Below are positions 20,565 to 30,808 of a stretch of 64,000 nt of DNA, in pieces (position 1 is the first letter of the stretch; every line of letters starts with the position of its first letter). The position numbers and the translations under genes were made by a program. Source of the stretch: an uncultured Clostridia bacterium (lineage in GTDB: Bacteria; Bacillota; Clostridia; TANB77; CAG-508); contig OZ007016.1 of the NCBI GenBank assembly GCA_963931445.1, positions 1,475,279 to 1,539,278 on the forward strand, read 5' to 3'. The notes beneath the pieces were generated by a model that was not told where the DNA came from, made no database searches, and saw only the letters and a list, made by a program, of their open reading frames with translations.

Positions 20565-20785
20565 TTTTTAGCTCTTGTAAGTAAAAAATATTAGTTTATT
20601 AATTTTAATATACTTATATATTTTACTTATAATTGAAATAGTGTAATTTATAGTTATTAAATTGTAATAGCATTACACTATTCATAAAATTTAATTTTAT
20701 CTAATCAAAAAGCAACCTTTTTAGATTTTCTTTTTAAAAAGGTTGCTTTTATTTTAATTTTATATTTTCTTTTATAATAAATATT

Positions 20786-21315
20786 TTAGCCTTCTGGTTC
20801 TACTAATCCAAAATTTTTATTATCTTTTAATCTATAAATTACATTTGTTTTTCCTGTATCTATATCTATAAATACTAAAAATTTATTTTGTGGTTGCTCT
20901 TGAAGTTTTAATTTTGCATCTTCTGGTGTCATAGGTTTAATATCATAATATAATACTTTAAGTATTTCATTTGATACTTCAGTATATTCTAAGTTTGCTC
21001 CTTCTTTTATTCTTATTGATTCTGTCATATTTTGTTTATCTTTTTTTGTTTTAATTTTTCTTATTTGTCCTTCTAATATATCTACATCTTTATCTATTGC
21101 TGCATATAAATCCTTATGTGCTGTAACTGCTCTACATTCATCTGAATCTGCTTTAATGCTCATTTCTGCTACTTTTCTATTACCTTCTGTTTTTATTGTT
21201 GCATAAACATTAAAATCTTCTCCAAAATATTTTACTAATCTTTCTGCTTTTTTTCAATATAATCTTTTATTGCCTCTGTTGTTTCTAATTCTTTGCTTGT
21301 TATTTTTATATTCAT
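20786..21315 (-). CDS. hpf: ribosome hibernation promoting factor (long HPF); homopolymer frameshift near 21230
   Basis: The C-terminal ORF matches the HPF dimerisation domain. The N-terminus MNIKITSKELETTEAIKDYIEKK is in another frame. An A7 run where A8 is needed separates the two. Confidence 0.8.
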
Positions 21316-21489
21316 AACTATTCTCTCCTTCCAAATATTATTCATTGAGTAATATGCTTATATTATATATTGTATTTATTATTTTTGCAAGTTCTTTACA
21401 ATATTTTTTTTAAATGCCTTGCAAAATTAGTATTTTCATGATATACTATTATTTGTTATATTTTATTTACTTAAAGGGAGGTGCAAAAT

Positions 21490-21756
21490 ATGCCAAATAT
21501 AAAATCAGCTATAAAAAGAGTTAGTGTTATTGAGAAAAAAACTCTAAGAAATAATATGATTAAATCAGAATATAAAACTGCTATTAAAAAATTTGAAGAA
21601 GCTTTAAAAAATAATAATGTTGAAGAAGCTACAAAATTATTTTCAGTAGCTACAAAGAAAATTGATCAAGCTTGCACTAAAGGTATAATAGTAAAAAACA
21701 CAGCTGCTAGAAAAAAATCTAATTTAGCAAAAAAATTAAATTCTGCAAATGCATAA
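21490..21756 (+). CDS. rpsT: 30S ribosomal protein S20
   Basis: [11 protein letters not shown]...[19 protein letters not shown]; GGGAGGTG RBS. Confidence 0.9.
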   Translation: MPNIKSAIKRVSVIEKKTLRNNMIKSEYKTAIKKFEEALKNNNVEEATKLFSVATKKIDQACTKGIIVKNTAARKKSNLAKKLNSANA

Positions 21757-22032
21757 TAACTATCTAATAAATTTATATATTAGTGTATATCAAAAATCTT
21801 TGATTTTTTTATACAATAAAAAATTGTGCACAGTTTTTTATTTGTTAAAGACTATAAAATTATTTTATAGTCTTTTTTGTTATTGTATATGAAAAATCAC
21901 TGTATTTTATAGTAAAACAATCTTGATTTTCATTACTGTATAATATTTCCTTTGATATTTTATCTTTTATATGTTAACATAAATTTAATGATTTTATTAT
22001 TAAATATTTAACTCTTATATGGAGGTTATATT

Positions 22033-22287
22033 ATGAAATTCTTTTTATTAAATTTTAAAAATATTAATACTTCAATTCTTAAAGTATTGGTAGTTGGATT
22101 AAAAATATGTTTTATTTTATTACTTTTTTCTACTTTTATATTAAGTTTATATCATTCTGTACATAATATAAATTTATTTTATATAGGAATATCTTTATTT
22201 AAAACAAGTTTATTTTATATTGTTTTTTTAATTATTTGTAGTATTGGTATTGATACAATAAAAAAAGACAATATAAATAGCAACTAA
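22033..22287 (+). CDS. hypothetical small membrane protein
   Basis: GGAGG RBS; two or three predicted TM segments. Confidence 0.4.
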   Translation: MKFFLLNFKNINTSILKVLVVGLKICFILLLFSTFILSLYHSVHNINLFYIGISLFKTSLFYIVFLIICSIGIDTIKKDNINSN

Positions 22288-22544
22288 TATATTTTAATAT
22301 TAGTTGCTAGTCTTATGTTCATGAATTGATAATTGCATCTATGTAAAAACATAACTCCTTTCTTGTTTTTTATATGCTTTAGAGAAATATACTAATATTA
22401 TATATAGGGGTAAATATAGATTATATAAGTATATGATTAAAAATAAAATAGATTAAAATTTGTTAAAATTAAATTATAAAAAATACATATGATGCAATTA
22501 CTATATATATTAAAACATATTATATCCCATAATGCAAGAAAAAT

Positions 22545-22727
22545 CGTATGACAAATTTCGACTTTATTTTAAATAAGAAAGGTATTTCGCCAAGTATGCC
22601 TCTGAAGTAAGTGCGAAATACATGTCACTCGCTTCGCTCGGACATGCTAAGGAAACCTAACCTTGTTGTATAGCAAAATCGGTAGAAATACTGAAATATC
22701 AAAAAAAGTCGATTTTTCCTATACAAT
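22545..22727 (-). repeat. Repeat element A, copy 2 (inverted), with an adjacent partial 5' fragment
   Basis: Its reverse complement matches the tandem-copy variant at 30800 (…GTCCGAGCGAAGCGAGTGACATGTATTTCGCACTT…). Confidence 0.8.
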
Positions 22728-22767
22728 AAAAAGCCTGAACAATATAATTTTGTTCAAGCTTTTTTAT

Positions 22768-23053
22768 TTATTCTGCAGTATATGGTAATACTGCTATTTG
22801 TCTTGCTCTTTTTACAGCTAGTGTAATATCTCTTTGATGTTTTGCACAAGCTCCTGTTGCTCTTCTTGGAAGTATTTTTCCTTTATCATTAACAAATTTT
22901 TCTTATTTGTTCAGCATTTTTATAATCTAATACTAAATTTTTATCTGCACATAAAGGGCATACTTTTTTTCTTATTTTTCTAAATTTTGGATTATAATCA
23001 CTATCAGAATTATTATTTCTGTTATTTCTTTTATTCTTTTTATTGTCTGCCAT
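22768..23053 (-). CDS. rpsR: 30S ribosomal protein S18; homopolymer frameshift near 22895
   Basis: MADNKKNKR...[23 protein letters not shown] then stops. Deleting one A from aaaaa restores [42 protein letters not shown]. Confidence 0.85.
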
Positions 23054-23118
23054 TTTTCTTCCCCCTTCCAAATAATTTTATATTTCTCAATTATAGTTAA
23101 ATTTATTAATCTAAAATA

Positions 23119-23547
23119 TTAAAATGGTAAATCATCACCTGAAGATATTTCAAAATCCGAACCTTCATTTGAACTTGGCATTGCTCCAAATGTTGCATCA
23201 AAATTAGCTGTTCCCATATCTCCATCTCTTTTGCTATCTGCAAAATATGTTTCTTCAGCTATAACCTCTGTAACATAGTGTTTTTGGCCTTGTTCGTCAT
23301 CCCATGTTCTTGTTTGAATTCTACCTATCACACCTACTTGTTGTCCTTTCTTAAAATATTTGCTACAAAATTCTCCTGTTTTTCCCCAAGCTACTATGTT
23401 TATAAAGTCTGCTTGCCTTTCTTCACCTTGTCTTACAAATCTTCTATTAACAGCTAAACTAAAAGAAGCTACAAGTGTATTACTGGTTTGAGTATATCTT
23501 ACTTCTGGATCCCTTGTTAATCTTCCCATTAAAATTACTTTGTTCAT
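23119..23547 (-). CDS. ssb: single-stranded DNA-binding protein
   Basis: OB-fold SSB with the acidic C-terminal tail DDLPF. Confidence 0.9.
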   Translation of the reverse strand: MNKVILMGRLTRDPEVRYTQTSNTLVASFSLAVNRRFVRQGEERQADFINIVAWGKTGEFCSKYFKKGQQVGVIGRIQTRTWDDEQGQKHYVTEVIAEETYFADSKRDGDMGTANFDATFGAMPSSNEGSDFEISSGDDLPF

Positions 23548-23603
23548 ATTTTACACCTTTTACCTTTCTATACTAAAGGCCCCCGAATGGGTTATTAAAA
23601 ATT

Positions 23604-23882
23604 TTATTTTTTTACTACTATGAATTTAATTACTTCATCAGTAATTCTGTAGTTTCTTTCAAGTTCTGCAATTAGTTTTGGATTAGCTTTAAAATCATAT
23701 ACAACATAGTAACCTTCTTTATTTTTGTTTATTTCATAAGCTAATTTCTTTTTTCCTAATTCATTAACTTGTTCTACTTCTCCGTCAGTATTAATCAATG
23801 TTTGAAATTTTTCAATTAATGCTTTTAAAGCATTTTCTTCAACATTAGGATTAATAATGACAACACTTTCGTATTTGTTCAT
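23604..23882 (-). CDS. rpsF: 30S ribosomal protein S6
   Basis: S6 family; conserved rpsF-ssb-rpsR operon. Confidence 0.9.
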   Translation of the reverse strand: MNKYESVVIINPNVEENALKALIEKFQTLINTDGEVEQVNELGKKKLAYEINKNKEGYYVVYDFKANPKLIAELERNYRITDEVIKFIVVKK

Positions 23883-24003
23883 TACAATTCACCTCCTCTT
23901 GGATATGTAACCTATGGACTTATGCCATAAGTAAGGAAAAAATAGCATCGCTATTTCTAACATTATTATTTTAGCATTAATTTATAAAAAAATCAAGAGA
24001 TTT

Positions 24004-24146
24004 TTAAATTCGTTTTAGGGACAGGTCTCCCAGCGAACTTTTTTTCGTTTTAGGGACAGGTCTCTTGACACAATAAATTGTCAAGAGACCTGTCCCTAAA
24101 ACGAAAAAAAGTTCGCTGGGAGACCTGTCCCTAAAACGAATTTGAC
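24004..24146. repeat. Perfect palindrome of about 143 bp, about 45% GC, with CGTTTTAGGGACAGGTCTC twice in each arm
   Basis: The arms are exact reverse complements around the centre CAATAAATT. It contains four GGTCTC/GAGACC sites. Confidence 0.85.
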
Positions 24147-24229
24147 ACATTTTTATTTTTATAGTAATATACTATCATAGTTTAAGAATGCATTACAAAT
24201 TATTAGTAGTAAAAGAAAGGAGTTTTTTA

Positions 24230-24400
24230 TTCTTAAGCGCCTGGACATATTATTATGTATGTTGACGAGGTAGAGATTTATCGAATTTTTCGGCGGATGA
24301 TCTCTTGGCATTTAATTACTGCCATAAATATTAGTTAAAGGCTTGTAGTAATGCAAGTATACAAAGCTAATAGGGTAATGTTTTATTTGTATTGTTTTCT
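24230..24400 (+). ncRNA. glmS ribozyme (GlcN6P-dependent) in the glmS 5' UTR
   Basis: AGCGCCTGGAC...GTTGACGAGGTAGAG.TTATCGAATTTTTCGGCGGATG matches the glmS ribozyme core. Confidence 0.8.
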
Positions 24401-24431
24401 TAAATAATATTTTATGTTAAGGAGGTATTTT

Positions 24432-26285
24432 ATGTGTGGTATTGTAGGGTACATTGGTACAAAAAAAGCTACACCAATATTAGTAGATGGTCTTTTATGT
24501 TTAGAATATAGAGGGTATGATTCCGCTGGAATTGCAACTTTAGAAAAAAATGAAATTAAGGTTATGAAAGATAAAGGAAGAGTAAGTAATTTATATAATT
24601 TAGATGGAATAAATACTTTAGAAGGAACTGTGGGAATAGCTCATACAAGATGGGCAACACATGGTAAACCATCTAAAGAAAATTCTCACCCCCATACTGA
24701 TAATAGTAATACTTTTGCAGTTGTGCATAATGGAATTATTGAAAATTATTCGGATTTACGAACTTTTTTAAGTTCAAAAGGTTATACTTTCTTTTCTCAA
24801 ACAGATACTGAAGTTATTCCTAATTTAATTCATTATTATTTTTACAATGGTTCTGTTTCTGTATTAAATGATAATAAAGAAAAATTATTAGGTGCTGTAA
24901 AATTGGCTATACAAGATTTAAAAGGTAGTTATGCTATAGAAGTTATTTCTCCTTTATGCCCTAATGAAATAATTGTTGTTAGAAAAGATAGTCCTCTTGT
25001 TATAGGAAAAGGAGAAAATGAAAATTATATAGCTTCTGATATTCCAGCTATATTAAAATATACTAAAAATTTCTATTTACTTGATGATAATGAATTTGCT
25101 GTAGTATCTACTAATACTATTAACTTTTTTGATAATACTTTAGAAGAACATAATAAGACTATTAAAAATATTGATTGGGATGCAAATGCTGCTGGAAAAG
25201 AAGGTTTTGATGATTACATGCTTAAAGAAATCTTTGAACAACCAACCGCAATAAGAGAAACTATTGGTTCTAGATTTAGTTTAGGAGAAAAATGTTCTTT
25301 TGATGACATCGAAATTTCTAAAGAATATTTAAATAATGTTAATAAAATTTATATAGTTGCATGTGGTACAGCTATGCATGCAGGTTTAACTGGAAAAACT
25401 ATACTTGAAAATCTTTGCCAAATTCCTACTGTGGTAGATATTGCATCTGAATTTAGATATAGAAATCCACTTATAGATGAGCAAACTTTATGCATATATA
25501 TTAGTCAATCTGGAGAAACAGCTGATACTATTGCAGCATTGAAACTTGCTAAACAAAAAGGTGCTAAAACTTTGGCTATTTCAAATGTTATAGGAAGTTC
25601 TATTACAAGAGAAGCTGATTATTCTATATACACTCATGCTGGACCTGAAATTGCTGTTGCTTCTACTAAAGCTTATTCTTCTCAAGTAGTTTTAATTGCA
25701 ATTTTGGCAGTATATTTTGCTGAAATATTAGAACGCTGTGATAAAAAAATTATTGAAAGATTAAAGGAAGATATTATAGATCTTCCATCTAAAGTAGAAA
25801 AAATATTGGATGATACTGAAATAATTAAAGAATTTGCAAAAAAAGTATATACAGAAAAAGATATGTTCTTTTTAGGAAGAGGAACAGATTATAATGTTGC
25901 TTTAGAAGGTTCTTTAAAATTAAAAGAAATATCTTACATTCATTCAGAAGCATATGCTGCTGGAGAATTGAAACATGGTCCTATAGCACTTATTGAAAAT
26001 GATGTAACAGTAATTGGAATTATTACTGATTCAAACCTAGTGGAAAAATCTATTAGTAATATTCAAGAAGTTGTTACAAGAGGTGCTAAAACATTAATTA
26101 TTACTAATCAAATACTTCCTAATAGTAATTTTGATTTTATAATCAATATACCAAAAACTAATTTTTTAATTTCACCTATTCTTTCTGTAATACCTATGCA
26201 ACTTATTGCATATTATATTGCTAAATTTAAAGGTTTAGATGTAGATAAACCTAGAAACCTAGCAAAATCTGTAACAGTAGAATAA
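24432..26285 (+). CDS. glmS: glutamine--fructose-6-phosphate aminotransferase
   Basis: N-terminal MCGIVGY with catalytic Cys2 and two SIS domains; AGGAGG RBS. Confidence 0.95.
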   Translation: MCGIVGYIGTKKATPILVDGLLCLEYRGYDSAGIATLEKNEIKVMKDKGRVSNLYNLDGINTLEGTVGIAHTRWATHGKPSKENSHPHTDNSNTFAVVHNGIIENYSDLRTFLSSKGYTFFSQTDTEVIPNLIHYYFYNGSVSVLNDNKEKLLGAVKLAIQDLKGSYAIEVISPLCPNEIIVVRKDSPLVIGKGENENYIASDIPAILKYTKNFYLLDDNEFAVVSTNTINFFDNTLEEHNKTIKNIDWDANAAGKEGFDDYMLKEIFEQPTAIRETIGSRFSLGEKCSFDDIEISKEYLNNVNKIYIVACGTAMHAGLTGKTILENLCQIPTVVDIASEFRYRNPLIDEQTLCIYISQSGETADTIAALKLAKQKGAKTLAISNVIGSSITREADYSIYTHAGPEIAVASTKAYSSQVVLIAILAVYFAEILERCDKKIIERLKEDIIDLPSKVEKILDDTEIIKEFAKKVYTEKDMFFLGRGTDYNVALEGSLKLKEISYIHSEAYAAGELKHGPIALIENDVTVIGIITDSNLVEKSISNIQEVVTRGAKTLIITNQILPNSNFDFIINIPKTNFLISPILSVIPMQLIAYYIAKFKGLDVDKPRNLAKSVTVE

Positions 26286-26309
26286 TTAACTCCCCCTTCT
26301 TGATTTGAA

Positions 26310-26597
26310 TTAAGAAGGGGGTTTTATCCGTAAAATTATTTTTAATATTATTAATAATATTGCTCCTGGTATTCCTAAAAAGCCTACTATTAATGAAGTT
26401 AAAAAATTTAACCCTATATGAAAATTAAAATTAGCACCAATTAGATTTATTATATATATTAAAATTCCTCCAAATATAGAATTAAACATTAATTTTAGAA
26501 CACTTTTTATTGGCCAAATAAATATTTTACCAAATATGAATATAAGTATTATACAAGTTAAAAATGTTATAATAGAATTTATTTCCAAAATAATCAC
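26310..26597 (-). CDS. bofA: pro-sigma-K processing inhibitor BofA
   Basis: FGGILIYIINLIGANFNFHIGLNFLTSLIVGFLGIPGAILL matches the BofA family. Confidence 0.75.
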   Translation of the reverse strand: MIILEINSIITFLTCIILIFIFGKIFIWPIKSVLKLMFNSIFGGILIYIINLIGANFNFHIGLNFLTSLIVGFLGIPGAILLIILKIILRIKPPS

Positions 26598-26709
26598 CTC
26601 AAAATAATAATTTTGATATACATCAAGGTCTTATTAATTCTTATGATTAAATTTGGACAAATATTCTTAAATTAATAATATTATTAATTAATTTTTATAC
26701 TCATACTAA

Positions 26710-26982
26710 TTAAGCTTTATTTTTTCTTATATAAATCTCATTTATCATATCAAGTACTATTCCTTTTTTTTGTGCTTTTTTCATAAGATAATCTAGTTTT
26801 GTTTGATTTGCTTTAATTTGATATGAATAATAATCTATTAACCCTTCTTCTGCGAATTCAAAGTTTTTTTGTGCAGAATTTAATTCATTTTTAGTTTTAA
26901 TTATACTTACGATTAATTCTAAATTTTTTTCATCTTCAGACTTGTCCGCAATTTTATTTTCTCTAATATATTCCTCATACAT
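26710..26982 (-). CDS. YaaL/DUF2508 family protein
   Basis: Size and neighbourhood next to bofA. Confidence 0.5.
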   Translation of the reverse strand: MYEEYIRENKIADKSEDEKNLELIVSIIKTKNELNSAQKNFEFAEEGLIDYYSYQIKANQTKLDYLMKKAQKKGIVLDMINEIYIRKNKA

Positions 26983-27045
26983 ATAATACCACTTCCCTAT
27001 AAAATAATAAATTTCCTTCTATATTATATGTTCTTATTTTCCTTT

Positions 27046-27861
27046 TTATGCAAATATATAAAAAATTATTATACCTAGTGATTGTATTATAAATAAATTT
27101 ATAAAGTTTGAAAATAATAAATTGCTTGTTGCTTCAATAATTCCTTCATGATTTTCTTTTTGCTTATGATGTTTTTGTGATTCAAAAAATGTTATCAGTT
27201 CTGGGATACTTGTTATAATTCCTAGTAATATACCTATTACAAATTCTGGAACATCTAAATTTATACACAAAATCTTTAATGTATCACTAAGTAAATTTCC
27301 TATATAGTATAAAGCTACTCCAGACAAAATAATTCCTAAAATATTTAAAAATACAGATTTTTTTTGTTTATTTATCACTTCACTTTTTTCTTTTTCATGT
27401 TTTAAATATATTTTATGTGCATTAGCACTTATTTTATAGAAAAATAGAAGTAATATAATAAATATTGGAACTAAAATAAAACTACTTTCTATATTAAATA
27501 TAATTATAAAAATAGGTATTATTATTGTTATAATAACCAAAAATAAATCTATTTTTATAGCATTATTTTTCAACTTGGATTGATTTTTATTTATAAATAC
27601 TGATATTAAATATTGAAATAAATTGATTATATTAGAACTTAAAATATTAAAAATAGTTGTTTCAATAAAACCTGTAAAGGCAGAAAAAGAAACTGTAAGT
27701 AGTTCAGGAATTGAAGTTGCTATTCCAGCGATATTTCCCACTGTTTTCGGCTTTAAATTTAATATTTGTGCTAAATTTCTTAAAACTTTAACTAATACAT
27801 ATTTTGCAATTAGTACAATTAATAATGATAATATAAAAAATTTTATTAATTCTATAAACAT
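27046..27861 (-). CDS. Ca2+/cation antiporter (CaCA) family membrane protein
   Basis: Two alpha-repeats carrying G(I/L)..TS.PE motifs. Confidence 0.65.
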   Translation of the reverse strand: MFIELIKFFILSLLIVLIAKYVLVKVLRNLAQILNLKPKTVGNIAGIATSIPELLTVSFSAFTGFIETTIFNILSSNIINLFQYLISVFINKNQSKLKNNAIKIDLFLVIITIIIPIFIIIFNIESSFILVPIFIILLLFFYKISANAHKIYLKHEKEKSEVINKQKKSVFLNILGIILSGVALYYIGNLLSDTLKILCINLDVPEFVIGILLGIITSIPELITFFESQKHHKQKENHEGIIEATSNLLFSNFINLFIIQSLGIIIFYIFA

Positions 27862-28139
27862 TCTTGATTCTCCTATAATTATTTTTCTTTTGTAATATTT
27901 TAAATAAATTTATATTTTTTATACATTTTTTACCTTTCATTATCTTCTTTTCTTATACAATTATTTATAAATTTCAAGTTGCAATGACATATCTGTACAT
28001 TTTGCTTTATAAATACGATTATTGCAAGAAAACTTAGTATTGTTGTATAGTAAAAATTATAACATCATAAATAATTTATGTCAATTTAGTCAAATATGTT
28101 GATATTTTTCTTATTTAGTGATAAAATATTATTGTTTTT

Positions 28140-28375
28140 AATAAAGCATTGATAAAAGATTAGTAATAAAACCAATTTTATTTAGAGAGGCTATGGTTGG
28201 TGAAAATAGCATAAAAAGTTTTATGAATCTACTTTTAGAGCTTCTTATGAAAATAAGACCGAGTAATGCTAGGTTACAAGCATTTTAAAGTTGTCAATTA
28301 ATTTTGAATAATTAAGGTGGTACCGCGACTATTTCGCCCTTATGCTTTTTTGCATATGGGATTTTTATTTTATTA
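28140..28375 (+). promoter_or_regulatory. T-box riboswitch leader of serS
   Basis: AATTAAGGTGGTACCGCG T-box sequence at 28310-28327, followed by a terminator/antiterminator and a T-run. Confidence 0.75.
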
Positions 28376-28388
28376 GGAGGTATTTTAT

Positions 28389-29669
28389 ATGATAGACATT
28401 AAGTTTTTAAGAGAAAATCCAGATTTAGTAAGAGAAAATATTAAGAAAAAATTCCAAAATCACAAACTTATTTTAGTAGATGAAATTTTAGAATTAGATA
28501 AAAAAAATAGAGAAACTAAATTAAATGGTGATGAACTTAGAATGAAAAGAAATTCTTTAAGTTCTGAAATTGGAAATTTAATAAGAAATGGAAAAAAAGA
28601 TGAAGCAGAATCTATAAAGTCACAAGTTCAAAAAATAAACATTGAATTAGAAAAAAATGAAAAACTCGAATTAGAATATTCAAATGCAATCACTGAGAAA
28701 ATGATGAAAATTCCTAATATGATACATGAATCTGTACCAATTGGTGAAGATGATAGTAAAAATGTAGAAATAGAAAAATTTGGTGAACCTATAGTTCCTG
28801 ATTATGAAATACCATATCATGCAGATATTATGGAAAATTTAAATGGATTAGACTTAGATTCTGCGCGTAGAGTTGCTGGAAATGGTTTTTACTATTTAAT
28901 GGGAAATATTGCAAGACTTCATTCAGCAATACTTTCTTACGCTAGAGATTTTATGATTAATAAAGGTTTTACTTATTGTATTCCACCATATATGATTCGT
29001 AGTGATGTTGTTACAGGTGTTATGAGTTTTGAAGAAATGGATGCAATGATGTATAAAATTGAAGGTGAAGATTTATACTTAATTGGAACCAGTGAACATT
29101 CAATGATTGGAAAATTTAAAGGTCAAATTCTTCAAAAATCTAATATGCCATATACTATGACATCTTATTCACCATGTTTTAGAAAAGAAAAAGGTGCTCA
29201 TGGAATAGAAGAGCGTGGTATTTATAGAATACACCAATTTGAAAAACAAGAAATGATAGTTGTATGCGAACCTGAAGATAGTTGGAAATGGTATGATAAA
29301 TTATGGTCATATACAGTAGAATTATTTAGGAGTATGGACATTCCTGTTAGAACTCTTGAATGTTGCAGTGGAGATTTAGCTGATTTAAAAGCTAAAAGTT
29401 GTGATGTTGAAGCTTGGAGTCCTAGACAAAAAAAATATTTTGAAGTTGGAAGTTGTTCTAATTTAACTGATGCACAAGCGAGAAGATTAGGAATTAGAAT
29501 TAAAGGTGAGAAAGGAAATTATTTTGCACATACTTTAAATAATACTGTTGTGGCTCCACCTAGAATGCTAATTGCTTTTTTAGAAAATAATTACAATAAA
29601 GATGGAAGTATCAATATTCCAGAAGTACTTCGCCCATATATGGGTGGAATTTGTAAATTAACACCTTAG
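28389..29669 (+). CDS. serS: serine--tRNA ligase
   Basis: N-terminal coiled coil and class II aaRS core. Confidence 0.95.
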   Translation: MIDIKFLRENPDLVRENIKKKFQNHKLILVDEILELDKKNRETKLNGDELRMKRNSLSSEIGNLIRNGKKDEAESIKSQVQKINIELEKNEKLELEYSNAITEKMMKIPNMIHESVPIGEDDSKNVEIEKFGEPIVPDYEIPYHADIMENLNGLDLDSARRVAGNGFYYLMGNIARLHSAILSYARDFMINKGFTYCIPPYMIRSDVVTGVMSFEEMDAMMYKIEGEDLYLIGTSEHSMIGKFKGQILQKSNMPYTMTSYSPCFRKEKGAHGIEERGIYRIHQFEKQEMIVVCEPEDSWKWYDKLWSYTVELFRSMDIPVRTLECCSGDLADLKAKSCDVEAWSPRQKKYFEVGSCSNLTDAQARRLGIRIKGEKGNYFAHTLNNTVVAPPRMLIAFLENNYNKDGSINIPEVLRPYMGGICKLTP

Positions 29670-29719
29670 ATTTAAATGTCATTTTAAAGTTCAAAGTATT
29701 AAAAGAAATGGAGTTATTT

Positions 29720-30307
29720 ATGATAATTAAAAATCCTAAATTTACAATATCAGCTGTAAGTCCTAAACAGTATCCTAATGATACACTTCCTCAAGTAGTA
29801 TTAGTAGGAAAGTCAAATGTTGGTAAATCATCTTTTATTAATACTATGGTTAATAGAAAAAAACTAGCACGAACTAGCAGTGAACCAGGAAAAACTAGGC
29901 AAATAAATTTTTATAATATAGATGATAAATTTTATTTTGTAGATTTACCTGGTTATGGCTATTCTAAAATGTCTAAAAAAGAACAAATTAAAGTTGGTAC
30001 TTTTATAGAAGAATACTTAAATAAAAGCCAAAATATATCTTTAATTATATTTTTATTGGATATAAGACATTTACCAACCGAAAATGATAAATTAATGTAT
30101 CACTATATTATAAACAGTGGTAGACCATGTGTAATACTTGCTAATAAAGCAGATAAAATAGCTATTACAAAAGTAAAACAATCTGTTGAAGATTTGCAAA
30201 TGGAACTAAATCCATTAAAAGATTTAAACTTTCTAGCATTTTCTTCTGAAAGAAAAATATATTCTGAAAATGTTTGGGAAATACTAAAACAATACATAAT
30301 AACATAA
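29720..30307 (+). CDS. engB: ribosome biogenesis GTPase EngB/YsxC
   Basis: P-loop GKSNVGKSS and the DLPGYG motif; start set at the ATG with a GGAG RBS. Confidence 0.85.
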   Translation: MIIKNPKFTISAVSPKQYPNDTLPQVVLVGKSNVGKSSFINTMVNRKKLARTSSEPGKTRQINFYNIDDKFYFVDLPGYGYSKMSKKEQIKVGTFIEEYLNKSQNISLIIFLLDIRHLPTENDKLMYHYIINSGRPCVILANKADKIAITKVKQSVEDLQMELNPLKDLNFLAFSSERKIYSENVWEILKQYIIT

Positions 30308-30513
30308 CGATAAACTATTATTATTTACTAATTAAATTATTTAAGTATATTCTTTTAGCTATTTAGGTTATTAAGCTAATAAACACTGACATAATATATT
30401 ATATAACATTGACTTTATGTAACTTTTGTATTATACTAATATTATGTTCAATAAGAACTCTGCAATATCTTATTTGTTCTATTGAATAAATAAAAAATTT
30501 GGAGTGAAATCAT

Positions 30514-30753
30514 ATGGCAAAAAAGAAGAACTCTGCTAAAAAAGGAGACTTGAAAATTGAGTTTAAATCTCCGGAATTCATGCAAAGTTTTATCTTAAGC
30601 CTAAGGGAGTTTTTCCCTGAGGCTAAGTTCAAAGAAAATAACAGTTCTACTTTAACTATTTGGGCGGATAACAATTTGATTTCTGAAATTCGGATTCTTT
30701 CTGAAAGAGCTTGCTTCCAGCGTACGAAGCTTTCCGTGTTCACTCCTTGCTGA
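30514..30753 (+). CDS. hypothetical lysine-rich small protein (79 aa); GC-richer than its neighbours
   Basis: Strong GGAGTG RBS and a perfect terminator straight after it. Function unknown; a structured RNA is not excluded. Confidence 0.4.
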   Translation: MAKKKNSAKKGDLKIEFKSPEFMQSFILSLREFFPEAKFKENNSSTLTIWADNNLISEIRILSERACFQRTKLSVFTPC

Positions 30754-30770
30754 TTTTTTCAGTTTTTAAA

Positions 30771-30808
30771 AAATGGTGTCCTTATGTCAAGGACACCATT
30801 TTTTTATT
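30771..30808 (+). terminator. Rho-independent terminator
   Basis: AAAAATGGTGTCCTTATGTCAAGGACACCATTTTTTT. Confidence 0.85.

Noticed and set aside
8774-23071. Treating rsmH, the second PBP, Cof, hpf and rpsR as genuine pseudogenes
   Set aside because: Essential rpsR and hpf are affected, and most shifts sit in A/T homopolymers. Sequencing error is far more likely, so they are reported as intact genes with indel artifacts.
23570-23600. GGCCCCCGAATGGG, a GC-rich bit between ssb and rpsF, as a tRNA fragment or terminator
   Set aside because: It pairs over only 3-4 bp, has no cloverleaf, and is too short for a tRNA. It is probably just the operon's intergenic hairpin.
24004-24146. Palindrome as an integron attC site or a CRISPR-like repeat (it starts GTTTTAG...)
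   Set aside because: There is no integrase, no cassette array, and no spacer-repeat periodicity. The similarity to type II repeats is limited to a GTTTTAG heptamer.
30510-30743. Antisense 77-aa ORF overlapping the small plus-strand ORF
   Set aside because: It has no RBS, whereas the plus-strand ORF has a strong RBS and a downstream terminator.
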